Positions 21,230-32,300 of a DNA stretch of 34,538 bases are shown here, one piece after another. A program made the translations under genes and the position numbers. The stretch covers positions 1 to 34,538 of the forward strand of contig MU006050.1 of assembly GCA_010093745.1 (NCBI GenBank). The letters are read 5' to 3'. The notes under the pieces were generated by a model. That model saw nothing but the letters and a program-made list of their open reading frames with translations. It was not told where the DNA came from and searched no databases. Numbering within the stretch: position 1 is the first letter of the stretch; every line of letters starts with the position of its first letter. This DNA comes from Piedraia hortae CBS 480.64 (Eukaryota).

Positions 21230-21373
21230 GGCGGATGCCGTGATTTTTGGGGATACTTTTCAGATGTTAGTTTAAGGTGCGGGCCGTGCCGAACCTTAAC
21301 GGACGGCCCGCTGCCCCACGGCTAGCGCTCACCGGCTTTCCAACGTCGATGCGTCACAAGCGCGTCGCAGACC

Positions 21374-23158
21374 ATGGCCAATCCATACGCGAAGAAGAAT
21401 GTCCAAGCCAATGTCAACGTCGCGTCATCTGCCCCGCGGAGTGTTCCATCGCCGGCCGCAGTGGCGGGCAAAACCCCAGTTACCACCTCTTCTCACGGAC
21501 CCAAAACCATCGGAGGAACGCCAATGGCTGCTTCTCTGAGCCAACCCGGGATCGCAGCATCACCCTCCCCAGGTGGACATGCACCAACCCCCGCACTTGA
21601 TGGAATCACACCCGGTCTCCTGACTCCTGGGCTAGGCGGTATTCCTATGAATATTACCATGTCTGAGCTCGGAATGTCAGCCAACAGCGTCAGTTTGAAG
21701 CGCGATGAAGACCAAGAGCGGCGCAACAAAATCAACAAGATGTTGGAAATGGTCGGGAAGAGAACGGGCAAAATTACAGCAGAAGGTATTGGCCGCGTGT
21801 CCCGGCGGGTTGGATTTACATTCGAAAACGTTGGCACTCCAACCCCAACATCCGCAAGCTTCACTATCGGCGGCCCTAGTAGAATCGTCATCGATATAGA
21901 GCAGAAGGATGATCGATTTGTAAAAGCTCAAGTCGTCATAGACTCTTCTAGTCCCAATATTGAAGCGGAAACGATCCCCATGGGTGCAGTGTTACTGGAG
22001 AATTTACAGACTGACTGTCCTCTGACTTCCAACCTGGACGCGTTTGCGAGAAATCTCAAACGGTTGGCCCATTTGGACCGTCTAAGTATCAACGGAATCA
22101 ACTGCTTTGAAGCTGTTAATGGAATCTATACCAGTCTCCAGCGACTCTATCAATCGGAGGTGAAGCAGTTCGGCCCTGAGGAAACTCTGCAGAGACGAGG
22201 CGGTCGACCGGCTGTCCACGAACGAGGCCGCATCGGACTTGCCATAGAATACTGGCAGGATTACGACTGTGACATGCATCGCATCCACATTAATGTCGAA
22301 AGATCTCAGGCGAATATGTATCCTCCAGCGCGAGTTTCAGATCTGTGGCTACCAGAGGATATCGTGGACTTTACCGTCTTACCGTGGCAAGAACCGCTGC
22401 CAACATTCACCGCTATGGATGGCATGGACCTTGAGGAGCACAATATGCAACACGTTCGCTTCGTCATGTGTTTGGATCCGCCACTTATCGTCCCCTACAC
22501 CGTCGGGGCGTTTGTGTATGCCTCACTTGGTCTGCCTCCGCCCCAGTTTACCTCGATGCCACCAGCTTGGCATAGTGCCGTCATTGATGAGACGTCTACT
22601 GTCCCCTTCAGCATCGCGGAGGGAGCTTCGTCGTCACGCTACGTGATGAATCCTGATGGAAAGTCCTCCGTCATTCGGGACTACAAGTTAACCTTGGAGC
22701 AACAAGCCGATGCAGCGTTAAAGCTCGAGGTCTTGCCCTTTTCACATCCTAAACAAATAGTCGAACTTCTACCCACATTCAGACAATGGGCTCGTTTCGG
22801 CTACATTGTAAAGGATATATTCGGGAAAGCAGATGACGCTCCCGAAGCAGATAACGAAGAGTTCTTCTTCAGCGAGCTGCTCAAACCGCCGTCTTCGTTC
22901 GTGGATCGCATGACTATAAACATGGCGCTCTCCACGTCGCCTCCCCAGCTACTCATTTCTCTACCCTGTGGTGTCAGAACGCTCCACGTGTTGCCTAATG
23001 CGGAATTGGCGGTCAGATGGGAGGCCACCGCGCAGGAACAGTACATGGTCACTGATGCGTTGCAGCGGTGTGGTGACTTCAACGTCTGGTTGGAGTGGAT
23101 ACAAAGGAACATGAAACGCAGACATTCCGAGCTTACCTCGGCTCCCGTCCAACCCTAA
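21374..23158 (+). CDS. MED1: Mediator subunit Med1
   Basis: PRSVPSP/TP-rich N-terminus, KRDEDQERR, LDAFARNLKRLAHLDRLS, NCFEAVNGIYTSL, GRIGLAIEYW, LPFSHPKQIVELLPTFRQWA. Confidence 0.88.
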   Translation: MANPYAKKNVQANVNVASSAPRSVPSPAAVAGKTPVTTSSHGPKTIGGTPMAASLSQPGIAASPSPGGHAPTPALDGITPGLLTPGLGGIPMNITMSELGMSANSVSLKRDEDQERRNKINKMLEMVGKRTGKITAEGIGRVSRRVGFTFENVGTPTPTSASFTIGGPSRIVIDIEQKDDRFVKAQVVIDSSSPNIEAETIPMGAVLLENLQTDCPLTSNLDAFARNLKRLAHLDRLSINGINCFEAVNGIYTSLQRLYQSEVKQFGPEETLQRRGGRPAVHERGRIGLAIEYWQDYDCDMHRIHINVERSQANMYPPARVSDLWLPEDIVDFTVLPWQEPLPTFTAMDGMDLEEHNMQHVRFVMCLDPPLIVPYTVGAFVYASLGLPPPQFTSMPPAWHSAVIDETSTVPFSIAEGASSSRYVMNPDGKSSVIRDYKLTLEQQADAALKLEVLPFSHPKQIVELLPTFRQWARFGYIVKDIFGKADDAPEADNEEFFFSELLKPPSSFVDRMTINMALSTSPPQLLISLPCGVRTLHVLPNAELAVRWEATAQEQYMVTDALQRCGDFNVWLEWIQRNMKRRHSELTSAPVQP

Positions 23159-23652
23159 ACTGAACCTACCAAGGTGATTGGCTGAGAGCCAGACCTCGAA
23201 GGATCAGGCGGCGCTCAGCCACCAATTAACTCAAGCTAAACCAAGCCACACTTTCAGCCTTCTTTTTTTCCTGGAGCTGGTTTACTGTACAGCATCGAAG
23301 CAGTTGCAAACGCATGGGAGAGCATCTTTCAGTTGTGTAAGAGTAGCTTAATGCAATAGTACGATCAATGTATGATGAAATAGTTGTCATGTCCCGTTCG
23401 CACTTCGGAACTCCATGTACAAGGCTGAAGCCACTTCCGTCCATCATTGAGGCTGTGAACAAGGCTCTGTACCTTATAATCCTGGGAGCCGCTCAACCTA
23501 CCGCAGCAGTGGACCATGATTGTCTCTACGCATCTGGCTCCGAGCAAGTGAGTAGGTATAGCCATCATCGCGGAGGGATATTGACAACTGGTAGTCCGGA
23601 TGATCGTCCAGAGATTGTGTCGCCATTGACACCAAAGGAATCATGCGAAAGG

Positions 23653-25613
23653 ATGAATGTTATATCTCGGCCTTCGTCACTATCGGGCCAGACTTGCCCA
23701 GGTACCGATACTGATGATATTTTGACTCGTCCAATAAGCTGTCCTTATGAAGAATCTCGTCCAATAAGCTGCCCTAATGAGGGACAGTCTCGTCCACCTA
23801 CATGTCCCAAAGCTGAGGAGGAATGTTCAACCAGATGTCCGGAAGAACCAACTCATCCAATAAGCTGTCCCAATGCGGAGCCGACCTGTCCAATTCAGCG
23901 TTCAGACTGCCAACAAAATGGCCCAACCACATGCATAGAGTCCGAACCAATATATCCAACTCATGGCCCAGATACTGGACCGATGATTCCAAACAAGGCT
24001 GCAGAAGATTGCCCAAAGCCTTCAGGAGCTGTTCCAGAACCAGAATGTCCAAGATCAAAGGCCCCAATCCCAATTTGGTCCAGCCCTGATGTTTGGGGTG
24101 ACAAAGAGAGACGGTCTCTTCTGCCTAAAGAACCAGTTTCTCTTGGCGCTGGACTAGAGGAAAAAGAAAGATCGAATTCTTCCATGGGCAAGGAATACGC
24201 AGGTTCAAACTCTGATTTAGAGCGTGCAAAAAATGCGGGACCTGGAACATCCAAACGTGGACTAAAGATGTGCCTGCTAATGCTCCTGGCTCTGATTTTC
24301 CTACTTGCCTTGGCACTGGGAATCGGCTTGGGAGTGGGACTAGGCGCGAAGAAGCATCACCGCAACCCCTCATCTTCCCAGAACCAATCCACGCCAACCT
24401 CATCCACCTCTATAGCCGCATCAACAAATGACATCGTTCCCATCTCACCCTCCAGCGGACCCATCGAAGGCTCTGACCCAGGGAGCACCAGTTCCTCCAA
24501 CGCCGCACTCAACTTCCAACCCTCCAAAGCCCTAAACTGCACCGGCTCCGAGAACCCCTCCCCCAAACAACCCATAAACGGCACCGGAATAGCATTCACA
24601 TCCCACCCCGACTACCGCACTCCCGGTTCCAACCGCATTTTCGCAAACCTCTACTACCAAGAGCCCTCCAAAGGCGACCTCTACATCCACCAATTATACC
24701 TAAACGGAACCTGGTCCAACCTCAAACTCCCCATCGATTACCAACCCAAACTCAACACCCCCATAGCCGCCCTTCCAACCCTCTTCAAAAACGACACAAC
24801 CTGGAACATCTTCTGTACGCGCGAAGCATCCCTCCCCCTACCCCACTAACGGTTGCAGTCGTAACAACAAGCAACAGAATCTACCACCGTCTGTACCACG
24901 ACCCCGGCTTCAGCGGCGGATGGGGAATCTACCCCGACGCCTCCTCCCCCATGCCTCTCAAGGACAAAACCCCAATCCTCGCATGCAGCTTCCACTACGG
25001 CTCCCGCAACACAACAAACGGCTATTACGCGGAAGACGGGATAAACCTCTTCTTCACCGCCAACACAACCTCAGAGAATCCCTCCGGCTCGGCAGTCGAA
25101 ATGTGGACATACCAGCACTACACCTGGACCCACACGTACACTTGGCACGGCGCATCCCTCCCCATCGGGTGCGACAGCAGGGAGCGAAGCACCGTCGCTG
25201 GCGTCTATCTCACCGATAACTCAGGGAGGGTCACTTCATGGACGAGGGACATGAACTCTGATACCTCCTCCTGGTCTGCATGCGGCGCTTCGCGCGCGGT
25301 TCCTTGGGAGAGGGACACGTTTTTGAAGGGTGATGGGACATGGGTTTATACCCTGCTGCAGGGGGAGGTGAGGGCGTGGGAGTATACTAATGTGTGGGAT
25401 TGTGAGGCCACACAGGCGGAGGTGAGGGGACCGTGGGTTGTTGCGAGTGGAGTGAATAGGACGAGTGTGGGTGCCGCGAGACTGTTGTTGGAAAGTGAGA
25501 GGGAGATGCCCGTTGCATTCTATCAGGAGGGGGAGGGGACGGGGTTGTTGGGGAGTGTGTTTAATAAGACCACAGGGGTGTGGGATCAGGGGGGAGAGGT
25601 GTTAAGGTGTTGA
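23653..25613 (+). CDS. Type II single-pass membrane protein with extracellular fucose-lectin-like beta-propeller; intron 24815-24858; start uncertain (frame open from 23368)
   Basis: TM helix CLLMLLALIFLLALALGIGLGVGLG, Ser/Thr stalk, NGTGIA..LYYQ..W..TPIAA..IFFV..W..TPILA repeats with many N-glycosylation sequons. Intron (GTACGC, ACTAAC, CAG) joins the 493-aa and 220-aa ORFs in frame. Confidence 0.75.
23728..23893 (+). repeat. Degenerate coding tandem repeat of PISCP/PTCP units
   Basis: cgtccaataagctgtcct, cgtccaataagctgccct, cgtccacctacatgtccc, catccaataagctgtccc, ccgacctgtcca. Confidence 0.75.
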
Positions 25614-26065
25614 GGGCCCGTCATGGTAAGGGGAGGGAGGCTTTGCTATGATGCGTGGAGGGGGCGTCGTGGATTGGCTACATGTCGGCTGGAAAAATGA
25701 CTGTAGCGCGTGCATCGTTGATTTTGATGATGAAGATGATCTGTGTGCGACTTCTATCGCATGAATCGTTTGAGCAGGGGTTGGTTCAATCGACATTCTC
25801 GATTGGATGTGATGTCAGGAAGTTGGGCAGACGGTATGGGGTTTCAGATAGTCTGCATGACTCAGGCGTCATATGGATTGAGTTTCCATTTCAGTTCATT
25901 TCGCGTTTTTCGCCTTGTAAACTCTATTTTCGTATGCCGACAACTTCTAGGTGTTCAACCAAACCCCCGTTTTTCCATCTTTAAGTTAAGCCTATTAGGA
26001 TTAACTCTGATTACTAATCGAGATAAACCTGGCATACAACATTATCTTCCTGATTCGGGAATTCG

Positions 26066-26160
26066 GGAGATTGACTGTCCACTTCGTGCCACATACATAG
26101 CGGCATGGCTCAATATTCTACCAGCCAGCGAGGAGGTTACCTTAGTGGTAAGCCGTTCAA
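26066..26160 (-). pseudogene. Possible NB-ARC NLR relic
   Basis: LNGLPL (26160-26143) followed in another frame by LSHAAMYVARSGQSIS (26113-26066), resembling the GLPLAxxxAAxYI motif. Confidence 0.4.
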
Positions 26161-28634
26161 TCAGTTCAATGACCATTATTTCATCATCTGTACACTCTGC
26201 GAGTTCACTTTTATTGAACGACGCTTGGCCACTTCGGCCTGCTTGTGCTTTGTGGCTCAATGGCAACTTGTAAGAATCTGGGTTTGCGGGAAATTTTCTG
26301 ATCTGACTTCATGCTGTGGCTTCGGCTTGACGAATGTTGATCAAGCTTTCTGATCAGGGTTTAGTCCAGGGGTGGGTTTCACTTCTTCAACTTGAGTTAT
26401 CACTACACTTTTCTTAATATATTACATTCATTGGTTTCAAGATATTTGGTAAGTTGATGGATGTAGTCATGCACCTTGCTCTATCTGCATCTACTATTCC
26501 TCTGATATTCAAGCACCCTTGCTTTTTCTGGCAGGATTATGCCCTTCTGTGGTGCACATGAGTGTTGAGCCATTTTTGTGCAGTGATAAATACCGGTTAG
26601 CTTTATCGTCCCATGGTCTTGCTTGTTAGGCGTGCGCGTACGCGCGCGCTATACTTATCAGGCGCCCTGGGACAGGAGTCTATTGGCAGATAGTCTGTTC
26701 CCGGCGTTTCTCTTTACAGCATCTGTGTTGCTGTTTGCGAAGGTCAGGGGTAGATGCCACCTGGAAGAGATGCAGTCTTCTACTTGGTGGTTAATTGCCT
26801 GGAGAAGTCGTCCGATTGTGAATGTGTTCTTGACGAGTGGGAAGCTCACAGGCCACCTATAGTATGGGTCACGACTATGCCAAGAACGCGATTTACTTGA
26901 CAGGTGTAAAATCTTAGCAAACTTTAAACAAACTCATGTAGGGAAAAAATTTCTGCTCCCTTAATGAGCATATACTCGCAGTCCATGACTCCGATATGAC
27001 GCACGAGAACACGTCCAGGGCATTCACATAGCACGGGTTGATAGTATGCACCGAAAACTCTTTTCCAAGCGAACAAAGACCACTCCATTAGCTCCCCAAG
27101 TTTCCACCATCCTATGTAGAAGACCCGCGTGCTTGGCAAGCAAAACCTGATTGGGAATTGCGTCAGCTCACTGACAGCGTGTCAACTATTTCCCAACACG
27201 CGAGTGTTTGTCGTGATTCGTTGTTCTCTTCCGCGTTCTTGTTTTTTGCTTCCACATTCAATCTTCTATTTTACTACTTTGCCTTCAGGCAGCATACCTG
27301 CTTCGTGCAGTGCCACAGCTAGCTGTTCAGCAACAGGTCTTGCTGATGGCTCTATAGGCCCGGCTTGAGGCGATATCGCCTGCAGGCCTATAGGCGGAAC
27401 TGGGGCTGCGCAAGGATAAATGTCCTGTTATCAACACTCGCAGAACTCCCGCAGCTGGCTGCGAGGTACCTGCCACTTTAAGCTAGGTCTATTGAATATA
27501 TCACAGCGACAGCGCTCCCCCCGATGCAGCAAGCTGCGCCGTACATCGTGTGTGCGGGCCACCTCAGCAGAGATTATTTTGGGCAGATCTTCTGTGGAAG
27601 CCAGAGCCTTCAACACTTACTGCCCGCGAGTTAGTCAGGGAATCTAAGCGGAGGCGTACACGGAGAATTTGATGCCAGAAATCTCTATCGAGCTTACTTA
27701 AGGCAGTTATATCGAACTGATCTCGGCCAATGGCATTACGCCTACTTGTTCGCTGAGATCAAAGGTCAAGCTCTGGCGCCAGATTTGAAAATGGGTTCAT
27801 TTATGGAGTTCAAAGTCGTATTTACATATACGGGTGCCCATAAGGTACCGTTGTTTGATGACCTGGCCATTCTGAATGACCAAGAAAATTTGGGCAAAGT
27901 TTGGATATTCAAAACAAGAGGCCGAATTACAAAAACATCTCAATCAGCGCAGCAGATGAAGCAAATCAGACCACTGCTGGAAAGGCAACCTGGTTCCAAT
28001 TGCTGAAGGAAGCCTCTGGCAAACTGTGATGCTGATCATTTGTGAGCGTTAGCACAGTAACAGTTAGCAAAGACGAAACCTCTCAGATGAAGAGGGCTGT
28101 GCAAATACGCTCGTTCCGCCTCATCTGGTATACGAGTACTATCCGCCCCACAAGCAAGGAAGCCTGGAAGCGGATGCAACCATGAAGGTCAGGGGTTTCT
28201 AAGGGCACGTTTTACATGCAACCTCACCGATATGTATAACGGCATGGTATGCGGCCAGGTGAAACCTACGGTTGTGAATGTCAAGGATTCACTGCTTGGC
28301 TTTGACATTGACACCAGCGAAGTCTTCCGGAGGATGAAGAAGAAGCCGCGGTCTGCAATTCTCTTTGAATCTAGGGGACAAAGCCGCGCCCAAGTAGCTT
28401 GAATTATGGCTGCAGTACAACTTTCCCAGGCGCGAGCGTGCTGGCATGCCGTACAACACTATGGAGCGATGCGCAGAGCATTTCAACGGTACTTACTGAG
28501 ACGAGAGTACCAAAAAGGGCGCCATTTACAAGTATCCCCAGTCCGCGCAGATGCTATAGGCTCTCCAGGGCGAGCAAGTGCGGCAGGCGTTCCTTCACTA
28601 TGAAAAGAATGGCGATTGGTATATTGAGCCTGCA

Positions 28635-29110
28635 ATCACTGATGCCTTCGGTGTCTTCATGGTTTACCCGATCGACCTGGTGAAGACCCGGATGCAGAAT
28701 CAGCGCCAGTCCCGCGTCGGTCAGCTCCTGTACAAGGACAGCATGGACTGTTTCTCCAAGTTGCTGTGCAATGAGGGCACACGCGGCCTGTACTCAGGTG
28801 TCTTGCCGCAACTTATCGGCGTGGCTCCGGAGAAGGCCACCATGCTGATGTTCAACGATTTCGTGCACGGCAAGTTCAACAAGCCGACTCTCGCGCTAGG
28901 CTGAGCTATTGGCCGGTGGATCTGCGGCGGGGTCCAGGTCATTCACACGAACTCCCTTGTAATTCTCAAGATCCGTCTGCAGGTGCAAGTGAAGGCTGCG
29001 AAGGTTGTGACCCACGAGGGCGAAGAATTCACCAAGCGGTCTGCCATGTGGTTTGTCCGCTACCTGAGCCTGATGGGCCTATGCAAAGGCGCGTCCGCCA
29101 GTCTCCTTTG
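28635..29110 (+). pseudogene. AGC1: Fragment of mitochondrial aspartate/glutamate carrier (AGC1/aralar type), carrier repeats 1-2 only
   Basis: [39 protein letters not shown]; stop at 28902-28904; AELLAGGSA in a shifted frame; then QVIHTNSLVILKIRLQVQ..KRSAMWFVR..GLCKGASASLL. No third repeat and no EF-hand region. Confidence 0.9.
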
Positions 29111-29351
29111 TAATTTGCTCGGAGAAAGCTCGACACAGTGACTTGGCACCCTCGAGCTTTGAATGCAGTGGCCATCGCGGGCATGCCCACAGCACACCAG
29201 GCAACCCTCTTCGCTGGCTTCTTCGACGGGACTTTGAAGGCGAAGCATCACAAGAAGGCTGAAATTTGCTCGGTAGATCCGGTGGAATTGCTAAAGTATC
29301 CTTTGATACATACACTCGCCTAGTCTACATTGATGACACAGTTCTCGGCAG

Positions 29352-32300
29352 TTAAGATCGTAGTGCCCACTCGACTCCTCTTTTATTTTCATCGATGATA
29401 TCAGTATCATCCTCACTCTCCTCAGTATTGCTTATTCTAATGCGCCCGTTTCGTAGCTCAAGGAACTTCCCGCTATGGTACAGTCGTGATAGATCCTCAT
29501 CAGCATGAAGAGCTTCTCGAAGTGATCTGCAAGTGTTCACAATACAACTGCAATGCATCCGACTTTCTGTGATCTTAGACAGCCAGTCATTTGTGAATTT
29601 AAGAGCTATCAAGTCCCCTGAGGAGAAACTCATAGCCAAGCTGGTCTCTCGGACTGAGCTTTTCAACAAAGTTTCTCCTGGTGGCAAGGGCATGATCTTA
29701 CATCCACCGAACGTGATCCAACCGATTTTCTTGTCAATGTCCGGAAGGCAGCTGGATAAACTTCGTCTAAGATTTTCGGGGGAACCCTCAGGAGATTGCA
29801 CTTCGAAGTATTGTGCTGTCGGCTGATCAGGCCTCACATCGTCCTCTTGTACCAAAGTCGGCAGTGCTGTCAATGTTGCAGGCTGGCCATCTGGCCACTG
29901 AGGCTCAAGTTCTGGAACCCCTTCGTGCGCCTTCCAACACCACACAATGTCCGGCCAGTAGGCTGAAACACTAATCCGTCCATCTGGAAGGTGTCGAATG
30001 CCTCTGATGTTAAGTGCCCCTACCATGACTGATAGCAGCTGGTCACATTTCGCATCTAGAACTTTAACAGCGTACTGCTTTGAGCCCTCCTTGCGTGAGG
30101 CAATTGCGACGGTTTGGCCGTCCGGGGAGAAAGTATATAATGTGTCCCGAATGTACTCCTTGTACTTCCGTGAATTCTGTCCGAGCCATTGGCCACATAT
30201 AGCTAGGGGCTTGGATTCGAAAATACAGTCCCCCGTTTTTATATCGTAGAACTCAGTGACCCCGCCTCTCATCGGCAGCAAAGCCGTTTCCCCGTTGGGT
30301 AAGATCGTGATGGGACCCCGAAGTTTCCGTCTACAGTTGATGGAACTGACTTCTCCTGTTTGCAAATCCCAGAGACTCGAGCCTTCACGAGTGGTGATAC
30401 ACAATTGTCTCGTCTCGCCCTGTGGAAAGTCAAGCGAGATTGGTTGATCAAAGTCTTTCGGACTTCTTGCTGATAGTCGACCAGTTTCTGCGCCCCAAAG
30501 CTGCACAGGACCGTTCGATGATATCGTAGCTAGCAGTTTTCCATCATTTGACAGAGCCATTGCATCGAAATTTTCAGCGTGGTCATTGAAAATTGAACGA
30601 AATTCATTCTCTCTCATGTCAAACCACTGCAATGGATTTTGTCTTGACGCAAGCGCCACCTTGTATTGATCTGGATGGATCACCAAGTGCCTTAAGTGGC
30701 CCAGCTCGAGAGGTGCTTGTCTTTGCATCGCCAGCTTCGTATCCCAAATTTTTAAAGAAGAGCCCGCAGTTGTGACCACTTGGGTACCATTGGATGTTAC
30801 TCGGATATTTGTACTGCTTATCTGAATACCAAGGAGGATGTTCTCTTCTTCTGTATGAAGATCCAACAAGTGTACCTTCCAATCCTCGGATACCCCGGCC
30901 AAGATCTCTCCTTCAGGCGAGAATGAAAACCCCAGGAAATCAGAGAAACTGAATTTGAGTCGTCGTTCCAATGATTCAGTTGACGTGGCCCAAACATATA
31001 CCGTCCCATCTCTTGATACAGATACCAATAGTCGCCCGTGTTTCGCGAACGACAATGCCTTCACTGAGCTCGAATGTCCAGTAAAACGGGCCTTCTCGGC
31101 CCCAGTTTTTGTCCACCAAAGGCCCACAGACTGATCTTTCAGTGAAACAGCAACAACCTCGCTGTCTGGTGGAAACTCAGGCTTGCACTTCAAATCCGTT
31201 TTACCGCTCTTGCAGGTTATCTTCATCTTTGTTCTCACATCGTACAATGAGAATATGCCCACGTGTTGGTCAAATATCACGATCGTTTGCAAATTTGGCG
31301 AAATGGCCAAGCGTTTGATGAGAGATCTATCTTCAACTCCAACTTCGAACAATGACCTTATCGTTCGAGTCTTGACATTACAAAGGTCTATGCCTGATGA
31401 CCTAATGCTGACTAGCTCATCGTTGTTAGGTAGGAATCGAATATAGTCATTACGGGAAGTTTTCAGAAATTGGTGGGTGTTTGTCTCCGTGTTCCAGATT
31501 ACGATGTCGCCTGTTTTGGTCCTCGCTGCTATGGTCTTCCCGTCAGGTGACACAGCGGTGCCTAAAAGCGATTGGTCGGATCGTAGGGTCTGAAGCTCGG
31601 CACTCCAATCGTCAGTTTTCTGTGGAACGACTTCTAGACATTTGGCAATGACGTGTTTGAACCGAGTTCTGACGAGGCTCTTGTATGGCGCATAGGCTAA
31701 TGCTGCGAAATAGGCCTGAAGTGGTGAAATAGCAATGATGTCTCGAAAGCGTGACATCCAACGAATAGCATCGTTTAGGAAATCGTCAAGGGGCTCAGTT
31801 TCAACGACCCTGGTCATATCTGGTTTGTGATGGCTGGCTTCAAATGCCGCTCGTAAATTCTTGATATTGACAAACGCTTCATCTACTATGCGGAGCCAAC
31901 ACACCGTCTCTATCCAGTGCAAAAAGTGTTTTTGGAGGAAGGCATCGGCTCGTTGAAAGTCCTTCCAGCCCGGGTGACTTCCGACCAAGTGACTGATCCA
32001 GTAGCGAGCAGCGTACTCTTCAGCCTTTGAGATATAGTGTTCCACCTGTCTTTGGTCCACATATGCCCCAGGACATGCCGGGCCGCACATGCCGCGTTCC
32101 ACCGCATTGGCTAAATCACCCATGACGCGTTGCTCAAAGCCTGCGTCCAGCAGCTCAAGACATTTCCCGAACAGCACACCATGCGTTGTTTTAACATCAA
32201 CGCCGAACTTGGCCTGATCTTCGCCATCGAGGTTGATAAGGAACTCCCGAAACGAGAGGTGGTAAGTGGTAATCGGCTCTATATTATCGGCTGGCAGATG

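Noticed and set aside
26924..28006. Several short protein-like frames on both strands
   Set aside because: Probably decayed genes, but no family could be recognised and no gene model built.
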